A stretch of 64,000 nucleotides of DNA, taken from positions 2,124,907 to 2,188,906 of the forward strand of contig CAVNZM010000001.1 of assembly GCA_963693365.1 (NCBI GenBank). Direction: 5' to 3'. The stretch's first letter is position 1, and every line of letters starts with the position of its first letter. Below are positions 12,099 to 24,900 of this stretch, one piece after another. The notes under the pieces were generated by a model. The model saw only the letters and a list, made by a program, of their open reading frames with translations, was not told the DNA's origin and searched no databases. A program made the position numbers and the translations under genes. The DNA is from Amoebidium appalachense (lineage: Eukaryota; Protista; Ichthyosporea).

Positions 12099-14278
12099 TG
12101 TTGTAATACGTAGTATTTACATATTGTAAGATCTTCTCAGTTCGTGTTATGTTTTCATTCATTTACTTAGTGAAAAAGATGTGCTCCTTGTACGTAAACT
12201 ATGACATCTATCTCCAGTGTATTTGAGTACTTGTAATCGTGTTGTGTCGGCTATATTCGTGTGTTTAGATATCGATTACAGCAACTGATTATAGGTACAC
12301 GAGTCTACCCAGTGAGGTAGAAACGTGTACATGTTATGTGTACATGAATATCTTCGGTTATAACTGTGTTTTGCTGTTCGTGTTTTCTGTCCTGCTTTCT
12401 TTTCTTTTTCCTCTTTCTTCTTCTTTCTTTTCTCTTTCTTTCTTCTCTTGTTTCCTTTCACATAATTATATTTCTCTCTCACTAATATACGTTGAGTAGA
12501 TTTATATTACTCGTTATGTTTTGATTGGTAGAAAAACACTTAGGCTACACTTTAGCTTGTCAGGTATGATTCATAGCTTAGTCAAACACTTTTGTTTTGT
12601 GTGTTGCCGTACTATATCCAATCAGTGGACTTAGTCAGAAAATGTCTGAGTCTTTGTAGCCGATGATAGGTTAGAAACATCACCTCTTTCCTCGTTACTC
12701 TTCACCTCTTTTCTTTCTTATAGCTGTGACCTATGGTGTGCGTTCCTGTGCCTCCGGATCTATCCGGGAAATAATCAGTTAATTGTGATTGGTTATTTTA
12801 GACATAGATCTGATTTCCGACTGGTCGGAAATCATGTATGGATTTAACTTAAGGGAATTTCAGGTATTTATTAGCGATCAAAATAAATTGAGTTCAGTCG
12901 TGTCTAAACATTGATGTCTGTTGTGTACACTTCTCCGATCGCTCCGTGTTTTGTTGTTGTGTGTGTCTGTGGTGTTTTCACACTGCACCACTGTGTCTCT
13001 GCTTACATCCCAAATACTTATACAATTAAACAGGTTATGGGCCCAGATGCACGCTCCCTACACACACCTAGACCTAGCGATCGTTAAATTCCTGGTACAC
13101 ATCATAGCTGTGGTCAGCTCCTCATGCATCTTGGTGCTGAGGCTGTGTACATCCATCCCCGGCGTCCGTCCGTAACCGGTCCCACGTGACTCCTCTTGAC
13201 AAGATCTGACTCATCTTGACAAGAGCTTTTGCCACGCCTTGACACCCGTGACATCCTCGCAAGTTCAAATTCCAGCTTGCACTCCTTCCAGCTCCGTCCT
13301 GGTTTCTCTCCGTCACGCCAAACCGTCCTCCACCCTTGGTTCTGCAATCGCGCTCCAAGTTCCTTGACACTTCACCGACGTGGTCTCAACCGCGCCGCCC
13401 TGTCTACCCAGGCCTGAGGATCCTGCATCGAAATCCCATTCCATCCGATTTCGAACCCCGTCAACCCGCATTCGAATATAATTTCACACCCCGTCTGCGT
13501 TCCAATCGACGATAATTTGACACCCCGTCTCGATCCGACTTGACCTTCATCCATCAAGTCCATCTGAAGTATCCAAATTCGGTACTTCTTTCCAGTCTAC
13601 CGTGTTCCACCCCGTCCAAGCCCTTTGTGCTTCCCTCCTCCCTAGGAGTCCCGACCCTGAGTCCCTCCAGAACCGTTTACCGTGTCCAACCTGCTTCCTT
13701 CCAGGATTTCCAACCCTGTTTTCGGCCATGTCTCCCCTTACCGTGCCGTCACTGTCAATGGCCCCCTCACATTCCATTGATCTGCCCTGCATTCCGGCAG
13801 CAGTTTCCCCCCATCACGTGGCCAACCTCGTCGAGATGCCAGCTACCACCAGCTCTGCACGGGCAACAGCTACCCCTGCAGCTGTTTCCCCCCCATTACC
13901 ACCCGACCCCGGCCAGCAAGACACGTGCTGCCAGGTCCGGCCGTTCCCATCCACGTTTCTAGCCAGCCTACCGTGCTGCCTGCCCGCGTTTCCGAAACCC
14001 CTGCCCCCGACCCAGTTAGTACCAGTTAGTGGAATGATTACTACCTACTTTACCACCATCATTATTTCATATGTATTGCCTTTGTGGGTATGCCCACTTA
14101 GGGTTTATATATAAGGTTTGACCTGTACCATGACTCTACTCTATCTTTCACTGGTTTAAAACCCAGTTAAACAAACCCCGACTATACACGTTATATATAT
14201 TTGTTGTTTTTGCCCCGGTTCCTCCCCCCCCCTCCCCCCCTTCCCCCCCCCCTTCCCCCCCCCCCCCTCCCCCCCCTT

Positions 14279-14309
<31 letters not shown>

Positions 14310-14853
14310 GAAAAGTCCAAACTTTAATTTTTTTTTTCCGTTTCTGTTCTCAAGTGGGGAGATTTCACTAGTTCAGTGGGGATATGATAACACAAACTTC
14401 AAAGTCTTAAGTGGGGATGTTGTAATACGTAGTATTTACATATTGTAAGATCTTCTCAGTTCGTGTTATGTTTTCATTCATTTACTTAGTGAAAAAGATG
14501 TGCTCCTTGTACGTAAACTATGCCATCGATCTCCAGTGTATTTGAGTACTTGTAATCGTGTTGTGTCGGCTATATTCGTGTGTTTAGATATCGATTACAG
14601 CAACTGATTATAGGTACACGAGTCTACCCAGTGAGGGAGAAACGTGTACATGTTATGTGTACATGAATATCTTCGGTTATAACTGTGTTTTGCTATTCGT
14701 GTTTTCTGTCCTGCTTTCTTTTCTTTTTCCTCTTTCTTCTTCTTTCTTTTCTCTTTCTTTCTTCTCTTGTTTCCTTTCACATAATTATATTTCTCTCTCA
14801 CTAATATACGTTGAGTAGATTTATATTACTCGTTATGTTTTGATTGGTAGAAA
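12099..14853 (+). mobile_element. Non-autonomous Copia derivative (variant A' LTR 12099-13032, PBS 13033-13046, PPT 14409-14417, truncated 3' LTR 14418-14853)
   Basis: PBS GGTTATGGGCCCAG and PPT AAGTGGGGA. The internal region has no recognisable pol and is shared with 32198-34171. Confidence 0.88.
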
Positions 14854-15294
14854 TCGCAGGCCACCAGCCGATCATGATCTGATTCATGCGATCGGACTGG
14901 ATAACGATACCATCTTCCAACATCCCCACTCAGGACGAATCGCAGAATCAGGTTAGGGTGGACTGCCCCCTCAGTCCCCACTGAACCTCTGTTCATGCTA
15001 CCATTTTGGATTTTGTCCTGGTGCAGAGACTAGCGATCTTGCTAGCCTTGAGATCACAACCTAACCACTGCCGATGGTTGTGATGACGCCAGTAAAGGCG
15101 TGCTGGCTTTTACCCCAGCGAGAAGAGGATGAGAAAAAGATGATCCCGACGGGATTTGAACCCGCGACCCCTCTATCTCCGGTCGAGTGCTCTCTACCAA
15201 CTGAGCTACGAGATCGGTTAAGATCTCGCAGGCCACCAGCCGATCATGATCTGATTCATGCGATCGGACTGGATAACGATACCATCTTCCAACA
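14854..15294 (-). mobile_element. TRIM-like miniature LTR element: ~290-bp 5' LTR (15294-~15005) containing a tRNA-like gene, ~81-bp internal region, truncated 3' LTR
   Basis: 69-bp direct repeat at 14854-14922 and 15226-15294, beginning TGTTGGAAG on the minus strand. PBS-like TGGTAGCA at 15003-14996 and PPT GAGTGGGGA at 14931-14923, directly before the second TGTTGG. Confidence 0.75.
15141..15215 (-). tRNA. tRNA-like gene embedded in the TRIM LTR; non-canonical anticodon loop CCGGAGA, resembling Cys/Phe/Tyr scaffolds
   Basis: Acceptor stem GATCTCG/CGGGATC, A box TAGCTCAGTTGG, D stem GCTC/GAGC, T arm GCGGG-TTCAAAT-CCCGT, and a TTTTT terminator 3 nt downstream. Confidence 0.8.
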
Positions 15295-16548
15295 TTTGTG
15301 TTATGTTTCAGTTCATATGCTTAGTGTATATGCCACACTCCTATTATGTAAAGTGTAGCATCGATCTCCGATATGCTTGTATACTTGTAATCGTGTTGTA
15401 TCGGCTCTAATCGTGTATTGTAATATCGATTAGAATATTTATATGTGTGTACACGGATCCACCCACTCAGGGAGAGACGTGTACATGTTCGTGTGTACAT
15501 AAATATCTCTGGTTATAGTTATGCTATTACTATCTTGTTTGTTGATCTGTGCTCTCTTTTCCTTTCTCTTTCTCCTTCCTTATTTTCTTTTCTTTCTCTC
15601 CTTGTCTTCATGTGTATAATCGTATTTCTTTTCTACTAATATATGTTAGGTAGATTTGTGTTACTTAATACGTGTTCATTGGACGGTAACACACTTAGGC
15701 TACACTTAGAATAGCATGTGTGTTTAGACTTCATTAATTTACTTTAGTTTTCATGTGTTGCCGGGCTTTAACCAATCATCAAGGTTAAGTGTGATATGTC
15801 TGAGTCTTTGCAGTATGTCATAGGTTAGAATTTCCTTGATGATGACACGAGTTGACCTTAACTAGTGTCTGTGTCCTATCGTGTGCGTCTCCGCGTACCG
15901 GATCTCTCTGAAAGCAATTGGTTCTTAGTGATTGGTTTCTATTAGAGATAGATCTGATTTCCGACTGGTCGGAAATCATGTATGGATTGGACTTAGAGGA
16001 ATTTCAGGTATTTATTCGAAGATCAGAATAAATTCAGTTCAGTCGTGTCTAAACATTGATGTCTGTTGTGTACACTGCTCCGATCGTTTCGTGTTTTGTT
16101 GTTGTGTGTGTCTGTGGTGTTTTCACACTGCACCACTGTGTCTCTGCTTTCATTCCAAATACTTATACAATTTAACATTAAGCCGCCCCAAAAGCCCGGC
16201 GGGGGTCAAACCCCTAACCGCCCTGGCCCGCAACCCGGCCCGGCAAAACCGGCCCGACCCGTGGATCTACCCGCGACGCACTGCAGGAATTTCCACATTA
16301 ACGGTCGGTCCTGCGCTAAGCAGCCCTGCCCCTTCTCCCACGTGTGCCCGCTCTGCTCTGGCACACACCCCCGCAAAGACTGCAAGCACAATGCCTAGTC
16401 TACGCGCACACCCACACACACAGCTAGAACATAGGGGTTAGGAGCTAGGACACACGAGTACAGGGAAACGGAGCTCGGGAGCACGGGCCAATAGGGCTGA
16501 GTACAAATTTCGCAGGCCAACTACGGCGCCCGCGCGCGTCAAGAATAA

Positions 16549-18526
16549 ATGTCCCTACACAAAGACGTTTATTCTGGCCACTGCACATAATTTTACTCCC
16601 CCCCCCCCCCATCCCACGAGCCTCCCCCCCCCCCCCTTACACTCACCTAGCACTCCCTCCCCCCCCCCTTCTTCTACCTCTGTGTCCGCCCACACCCCCG
16701 CGTGCTCGGGCACATTCCCCTGCACAGGGCCCCGCTGCCCTCCCTGCATCACCTGTGCCCAGCTGCCCTACTCTGACCCCCCGGGGCCCTGCTGCCCCCC
16801 CCCCCCCCCCCCCCCCCCCCTCCCCCCCCCCCCCCCCCCCCCGCTGCCGGGATCTCCCCAAGGGTGCCCCACCCTTGCTAACCACCCCTTCCCCCGAGGC
16901 TCAGACCCGGAGGCCCGCCCGCTGCCCCAGCACCACATTGACACCTCCCGCCTCCGGGAACTGCTGGCCTCCTACCCAGACCAATCATTCGCCGCACAAC
17001 TCCTCCACGATGTCGAATTCGGCGTCGACAGCGGCTATCGCGGCCCCTCCACCTCTCGGGTGGGCCCCAACCTACCCACCACCCCGGAGGCAGCTGCCGC
17101 TATCACGGCGGATATTGCCAAAGAAGTCGCCCTCGGCCACCTGCGCGGCCCCCTCCCCCCGGCCCAATTCTTTGACGAATTTCCGGTCCACCGCTCCTCC
17201 CCCATCGGCGCCGTTACCAAGAAAGGGAACCCCCCCAAGTACCGTCGAATCCACCACCTCTCCTGGCCCCGGGGTAGCAGTGTCAATGACAGCATCACCT
17301 ACCCCGACGAACTTCAGTACATTCGCGCCCGGGATGTCACCCAGCTCATTCTCGACGCCGGCCCCGGCTGCTACATGGCCGTGGCAGATGTGCAGGCTGC
17401 CTTCCGGCACATGCCCATCCGACCAGAAGACCACCACTTAATGGCATTCAAATGGCAGGGGCATTTTTACGTTGAAACCAGACTGCCCTTCGGCCTGAAA
17501 TCTAGCCCAGCCATCTGGGAACGGATCGCGGCCACCCTACAGTGGCTGGCACACCAGCACGGTATTACCCCCATCCGCCACTACGTAGACGACTGGATTA
17601 TAGTCGCCCCCACACAAGAGCAGTGCCAACGTCACCTATCCACCTTCCTGCAACTCTGCCGAGAGCTGGACATTGCCATCTCCGAAGACAAGATGCAGGG
17701 CCCGGCTACCCGTGTCGTCTTCATCGGTATCGAATTCGACTCCATCGCCATGGAGGCACGAATCCCGGCTTCCAAGCTCTCGGACCTACTCGACCTCACT
17801 TCCCACCCAAAGCCCACCATCACCATTCGGGACCTCCAGTCCCTCCTCGGCAAACTCACCTGGTGTGCCCAGCTGGTTCCCCCCGGGAGGGCCTTCTCCC
17901 AGCGCCTATGGGCCCTTCTCCGGACCCACCCACACCTTGCCGGCCACCACCACATACGACTGACTGCTGCCGCCCGGGCCGACATAGCCGAATGGCACCA
18001 GTTCCTCACATCATGGAATGGGGTCCACCTCATCACACCCCCCACATACACCACCCTGGCCACCGATGCTGCCGGATCGGTGGGTCTAGGAGGCCACTGG
18101 CTCGACCAATGGTTCTTCATGCCCTGGTCCCCCTCCACCCAAGCCCTCTATGCTCATGAGGGTAAACTCGGTTCTTCCGTCATCGAACTCCTGGCCATCG
18201 CAGCCGCCGTGGCCCTCTGGGCCCCCTCCTGGTCCACCCACCATGTCCGTATTTTATGCGACAACACGGGTGCTGTGTCTGACCTGCACTCCCGGTCTTC
18301 CCCCCACCCCGTGATGGCCAAACTTATTCGGTTCATCACCCGCATGGAAATGCAATACCAATTTACGTTACAGGCATCCTACCTACCAGGACCCCTCAAC
18401 CATCTGGCCGATGCCATTTCTCGTAACCAACTTCCCCGGGCCCGACGACTCCGACCTTCCCTGCAACCGGAGCCCTGCCCCTTCCCCTCCTGGGTCCACG
18501 AGTTCCTATCCCTTCCCTTGGGCTAA
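16549..18526 (+). CDS. Ngaro ORF2 reverse transcriptase-RNase H (the N-terminus crosses poly-C runs, so the frame is uncertain before 16682)
   Basis: KYRRIHHLSWPRGSSVND, ADVQAAFR, RLPFGLKSSP, HYVDDW, TDAAGSVGLGG, IELLAI, CDN, NHLADAISR. Confidence 0.93.
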
Positions 18527-18529
18527 CCC

Positions 18530-18927
18530 CCCCCCCCCCCCCCCCCCCCCAGATCTCCCGTTCCGGAGCAACACTGGCAGATTGGCCCCCCACTTTGCTC
18601 CGGCCGAGCTGCGTCGAGCCACCACTACCCTGCAGGAATGCCAGGCCCTGAGTCTCAACCTCGACTCTCGGGCCTTTTACTCCCGGGTGCAAAAAGTGTT
18701 CATCGATTTCTGTGTGGCATCTCGGCTGCAATCCTCCTCCGGGTCCTCCCTCCCGGCCTCCCCCCACACCGTGCAACTTTTTCTCGCCTGGTGTGCCCAA
18801 CGAGGGGTACAGGCCTCTTCCTTAACCGGCTACAATTCGGCCATCACCAGGCTCCACCTCGACATGGGCCTCCCTGCTCCCTACCCCCACGACAAGTCTC
18901 TGGCCTGGTTCCTACGGGGGGTGGGCA
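18530..18927 (+). pseudogene. Ngaro ORF3 tyrosine recombinase, N-terminal fragment
   Basis: TVQLFLAWCAQRGVQASSL.GYNSAITRLH matches the start of 35407-36249; truncated by the junction to a Copia LTR. Confidence 0.85.
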
Positions 18928-21900
18928 TATAAATATTGTGGCATCTAATCGATATGACAATACACGATTAGAGCCGATACAACACGATTACAAGTATACA
19001 AGCATATCGGAGATCGATGCTACACTTTACATAATAGGAGTGTGGCATTTACACTAAGCATATGAACTGAAACATAACACAAACTGAGAAGATCTTACCA
19101 TATGTAAATACTACGTATTACAACATCCCCACTTAAGACTTTGAAGTTTGTGTTATCATATCCCCACTGAACTAGTGAAATCTCCCCACTTGAGAACAGA
19201 AACGGAAAAAAAAAAAAAATTAAAGTGTGTACTTTTCCGGGGGGGGGGGGGGGGGGGGGAGAAGGGGGGGGGGAGGGGGGGGGGAAGGGGGGGGGGAAGG
19301 GGGGGGGGAAGGGGGGGGGGAGGGGGGGGGGGGGGGGGGGGAAGGAACCGGGGCAAAAACAACGAATATATATAACGTGTATAGGCGGTGTTTGATTAAC
19401 TGGGTTTTAAACCAGTGAAAGATAGAGTAGAGTGATGGTACAGGTCAAACCTTATATATAAACCCTAAGTGGGCATACCCACAAAGGCAATACATATGAT
19501 ATAATGATGTTGATAAAGTAAGTAGTACACATGAGAAAATCACTCTTGAAGTAGGTCGGGTCAATCCACAATATCCGGTAAACAAAGTCGAGCACGATGG
19601 TGGACATGACTCGGGCCGGGGAGGGGTTTGGTGAGTATGTCAGCTAAGTTGTGGGCTGACTCAACGTAGTGGACAACCACGTCCCCACTGGCAATGTAGT
19701 CCTTGGTGTTGTGATACCGGACGGCAATGTGTTTGGTACGGTGCTTGATGCCGGTGGAGTTGACGATGGCAATGGTCGACTGGTTGTCACAGTACACCGG
19801 AGTCGGAGCAAGCATGGGACAGCCGAGTTCCTTGAAGAGGTCACGGACCCAAGCAACTTCTTGGGTGCCAGCATTGAGAGCAATCAGCTCAGCTTCAGTG
19901 GTGCTGGTGGCCGTGATGGGCTGGAGCTTGGAGTACCAGATGACGGGCATACCAGCAAACACGATAATGTAGCCGGTGGTAGACTTCTTGCTGTCGGCAC
20001 AACCAGCAAAGTCAGCATCCGTGTAGCATTCGAGTATGGGGGACTGGGTGGCCGAGTACTTGTAGTCAATGCCAAGGTCAATGGTGCCGAGCAGGTACCG
20101 GGCCACACGACGGAGAAGGTCCCAGTGAGTCTTGCCGGGGTTGGTGCTGAACCGACCAAGGAAGCCGATGGCATAGGCAATGTCGGGACGTGTGCACCGT
20201 GCCACCCAGAGGAGACGGCCGAGTAACTCACGGTAGGGCACGGTGAACGGTTGGGGGGGGCAATCAGCCAGGGAGACGGTGGTGCCTGCAGGGATGGGGG
20301 TAGACTTGGACTTGGCATCGGTGAGGTTGAAGTCGTGGATGATATCCATGATGTAAGACCTCTGGTGCATGTGGAGGTGATGGGGATCAGAGTGATTAAA
20401 ATCAACACCGAGCATACGGTCAAATGGACTCATACGACAGCTGGCCATCTTGCTGATGTGGGCAGCCAGGTCACTGGCAGCAGTAGAACCCCGGGTGTTG
20501 GTGATGGTGGAGTCATCGACGTAGTTACCAGCCCGTACCACATCGTTGTTGGGGAAGAACCGGAGGTAGATGCACGGGTCGGTCTTAGTACGGGTCAGGC
20601 CATGGGCAAGAAGAATGCCGTCGAGGAAGTCGTACCAAGCCTTGGAGGCTTGCTTGAGGCCGTACAGGGCTTTCTTGAGTCTCCAGACCTTGCCAAGTGT
20701 GGCCATGGTGATGAATCCCGGGGGTTGTTTCATGTAGATGGTCTCGGTGAGTGGGCTGTTGAGAAAGGCCGTAGACACGTCGAGTTGATGTATGTCATGA
20801 CCTTCAACAACGGCCAGAGCTAGGATGGCACGGAGAGCAGCCGGACGGATGACAGGGCTCTCAATCAACTCATAGTCAACACCGTATTGCTGACTGAAGC
20901 CTTGAGCAACACCACGTGCCTTGATCTTGGTGTCACCAGCCGAGTTGAGAGTTTTCTCGGAGACAATCCACTTGAAGCCGACGATGTTAGCACCAGGGGG
21001 AGGGTCAACAAGTTCAAAGATGTCTTTGTCGACGAAGGCTTGATACTCAGCAGTCAGGGCTGACTTGACCTGATCACCATTGGGTCCGGAACAGAGTTGA
21101 CGGACAAGTTTGGGTAGTTGGTCGATGTTGATGGGGGGACCGGGGGGGACTGGCAGGGTGGTGGTGGCTTGAAGTCCAACCTTGCCCTGGAGACGGGCAG
21201 AACGACGGGGTGCAGGAACCGGGGTAGGTGGAGACGGTGGGGGGGGAACTTGGAAGTTCGGAAGTGCAGGGGGGGCAACCTCCGGGCTGGACGGGGCCGA
21301 GTGGAAGTTGTCGGGGGAGCCGGGTCGGATGGGTGTGACGTTGCCAGGGCCAGGATGAGGGTCGGCAGGCTGGACGGGCACGGGGGCAGGGGGGCCGGTG
21401 GGGGGGGGTGTCGGGGGAACGACGATGGCAGGAGGGGGGCCAGAGTACACCAGACAAACATCATCTTCAGTGTCAACTGTGGGGGGTGGGGTGGTCGAGG
21501 TAGCAGTGGTGTCGGGGGTCGGAAGGGTTGATGGAATGTCGGACGGGAGATAAGCTGATTCGTCGAAAATCACATCACGGAAGAGGCCGACACGATGGGT
21601 GGTGGCATTGAAGATCCGGTGGCAGTGTGATTGAAGATCATAGCCGATATACATGCCGAGTTTGACGGTGGGGGCCAGCTTGTTCCGTTTAGAGGCTGGC
21701 ACGTGAGTGTAGGCAGGGCAACCGAACACTTTGAGCTCGGAGATGTCGGGCTTGACACCGTAGAAAACCTCGAATGGTGTACGACCATTGGCAGTCGTGG
21801 ACGGGGTGACGTTGATGATGTAGGCGGCATGTTGGAGGGCCTCAGCCCACAGTTTGGGAGACAGAGACTGATCTTGGACTTGATGGAGGAGGCAACGGAC

Positions 21901-24900
21901 AATCTCTTGGAGGAACCGCATACGTCGTTCAACATAGCCGTTCAGTTGAGGGCAGTCCACCGGAGCATAGCTGGCCTTGATGCCCTGGGAGAGGCAAAAA
22001 GCACGGGTATCCTTGGAGGTGAACTCAGAGCCGGAGTCGAAGTGGTAAACACCAACTTTGGAGGGGGCATGGGTGGCAACGAGGTTGGTGTGAGCTGTGA
22101 GAATATCCAGGGTGGTGGTACGGTCGGCCATCGGGTAGATCTTGACGAGGCCAGAGGCACGGCAGACAGTGACGAGAGCAACCTTGGAACCTCCGTACGA
22201 TGTTGTGGTAGGCTCAAAAAAATCCCAATGCCATTCATGACCGGGGATGTTGGAGTGAGGACGGTCACCCCTGAACGGAGCCTTGGTGGTCTTACCCATA
22301 ATGCAGCCATGACAATCAGGAACATCACAGTCGAGGACAGAGGAGGGGAGACCAATAACAAGGTCGTGTTTCACCATGTCCTTGATGCTGGTCATAGCTC
22401 GGTGCCCCAGACGATGGTGCCAGATGGATGGGTTAACACTGGTAGTGGCAGCCAGAGCCACAGGACGAGTGGGTGGTTGAATGGTGTAGTCCTTGAAGTA
22501 ATACAGACCGTTGTGTAGACGGAGGTTGACGAGATGACGGCCGGTGAGTCGGTCGAAGAGGAATGACGGAGTGGAGGCATCGTTCAAATCACCCTTGATG
22601 TATTCGGCAGCAGCTTGGGATGTTGAAATGAGGAAGGCTTGGCCAGACGGGGTGTAGTAGGCTTCAATGGTTAGGGTGGTAGTGCCATGGTCGGTGGTGG
22701 TGTTGATGACGATATGGCCGGTGTGAGTGGCCAAGACGGGGGTGCCATTGAAGGCAGCAACGGGAGTCGGTGTCGGAAGGGGAGTGAGGTCATGGAAGAA
22801 CTCACGGGTGGGGCAAACAGTCATGTTGCACCCGGAATCCCAGGCAGGGTCGGAGGACACGGGGACGGAGCTAGCATTGTATGCCGAGAAAGCAAAGGAG
22901 ACAGATTTCTCACTGCCTTGACGGGAACGGTTGTGTCTGGACATACGGCATTTCGGCTCAGGGCAATCGATGATCGTGTGATCAGGCTCGTGGCAGTAGG
23001 AGCATTCTTTCACGGACGGGGTGTTAGAACGAGCCGGGGAATCAGAACGACGGGAACCCGAGAAACGGGAACGACTGGGGGAACGAGACGTGGACCGGAA
23101 GGCAGGCCGGTGGGGGGAACGGGATCGGGTGTGCTGACGGGAGAGACGAGTTCGGAGGTCCGTGCCAGAGGTACGGTCAAGTCGGGTGCGTAAGTCACGG
23201 CGAGGAAGATCACGGGGGGGAGCACTGGCATTTAATGCCATGCTGGACTTGGAGGCACGGTGGGCACGGTTGTTCCGGAGTTGCATCTTGAGGTCTTGAC
23301 GTAACTCGATGCCCTTGACGTGGTTATGGAGGGACTCGAAGTCGGGGAATAGCTTATCACCGAAGTGATAGTCTTCGATAAGACGATTGAACTCAGGGGT
23401 GAGGTCGTCTCTGGTGGTGAGTTCATTGAAGAACTTCTCAGCTAGACGAGTGAAGTGAATGGACTCATCTTGGAGAGACTGGAGCTGGTTCACGATGGTC
23501 TGCAGACGGCTCAGGTAGGTGGTGAATGATTCACCGGGCTGAAGGGCACAGGCATCCCACTGACGGTGAAGGATGCGGATCTGATCGGGTTTGCCTTGGA
23601 GATAGTGTTGACGGAATTTCCACATGGCCCGTTCAGGGTCCATGCCAATACGGTACTGGGCAACGGTGGTGAGGACGGAAGGGTCGATGTTCTGTATCAT
23701 ATGGAGCAGGAGGCAATTGCGGGCCTCTTTGAGTTCCGCGGTAGTGCCGTAGCCATAGAAGGGGGGTTCACCGTCAACCGCGACGGTGGTAGGGGGGACG
23801 TAGTTGTCAGCAAGGACAACATCCACGAGTCGGACACCTTTAGTGCCGGTCATCATGCCGAGAAAAATGATTTCCCATTGAAAATAGGTAGTTTTGCTAT
23901 CGGGACCAGTCTTCCCTTCACCTTTCCACATGGTGATTTTGTTTACGCCAGTTTTGTTTGGATCCATGATTGAAAAACGAGCGCGAGTTCTAGATGTGTG
24001 TAGGGAGCGTACAAAAGGGCTGCATAACCTGTTAACTTCTATAAGTATTTGGGATGTAAGCAGAGACACAGTGGTGCAGTGTGAAAACACCACAGACACA
24101 CACAACAACAAAACACGGAACGATCGGAGCAGTGTACACAACAGACATCAATGTTTAGACACGACTGAACTGAATTTATTCTGATCTTCGAATAAATACC
24201 TGAAATTCCTCTAAGTCCAATCCATACATGATTTCCGACCAGTCGGAAATCAGATCCATCTCTAATAGAAACCAATCACTAAGAACCAATTGCTTTCAGA
24301 GAGATCCGGTACGCGGAGGCGTACACGATAGGACACAGACACTAGTTAGGATCAACTCGTGTCATCATCAAGGAAGTTCTAACCTATGACATACTGCAAA
24401 GACTCAGACATATCACACTTAACCTTGATGATTGGTTAAAGCCCGGCAACACATGAAAACTAAAGTAAATTAATGAAGTCTAAACACACATGCTATTCTA
24501 AGTGTAGCCTAAGTGTGTTACCGTCCAATGAACACGTATTAAGTAACACAAATCTACCTAACATATATTAGTAGAAAAGAAATACGATTATACACATGAA
24601 GACAAGGAGAGAAAGAAAAGAAAATAAGGAAGGAGAAAGAGGAAGGAAAAGAGAGCACAGATCAACAAACAAGATAGTAATAGCATAACTATAACCAGAG
24701 ATATTTATGTACACACGAACATGTACACGTCTCTCCCTGAGTGGGTGGATCCGTGTACACACATATAAATATTCTAATCGATATTACAATACACGATTAA
24801 AGCCGATACAACACGATTACAAGTATACAAGCATATCGGAGATCGATGCTACACTTTACATAATAGGAGTGTGGCATTTACACTAAGCATATGAACTGAA

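Larger units (their letters stand above)
12052..16177 (+). mobile_element. Copia-A solo LTR (925 bp: 12052-12098 plus 15300-16177) carrying a nested insertion
   Basis: TG...CA ends, with the 5-bp TSD TTAAG at 12047-12051 and 16178-16182. Confidence 0.93.
11098..16398 (+). pseudogene. Ngaro ORF1 (gag-like, CCHC and CCCH fingers), split by a solo LTR (coding parts 11098-12051 and 16183-16398)
   Basis: MPPKKRQ... is collinear with 25877-27079. Contains CQRCGFPDHPSAAC and CRNFH..C....CPFSHVCPLC..H....C. Confidence 0.88.
10719..18927 (+). mobile_element. Ngaro-type (DIRS order) tyrosine-recombinase retrotransposon, copy 1; interrupted at 12052-16177 and truncated at the 3' end
   Basis: Repeat A1 (10719-~11065) matches A2 at 36367. 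Domain order is gag, RT-RNase H without a methyltransferase domain, then the YR N-terminus. Confidence 0.9.

Noticed and set aside
15141-15215. Ordinary host tRNA-Ser(GGA)
   Set aside because: It has no long variable arm, has C at position 33 and a mismatch in the anticodon stem, and lies inside an LTR-type repeat.
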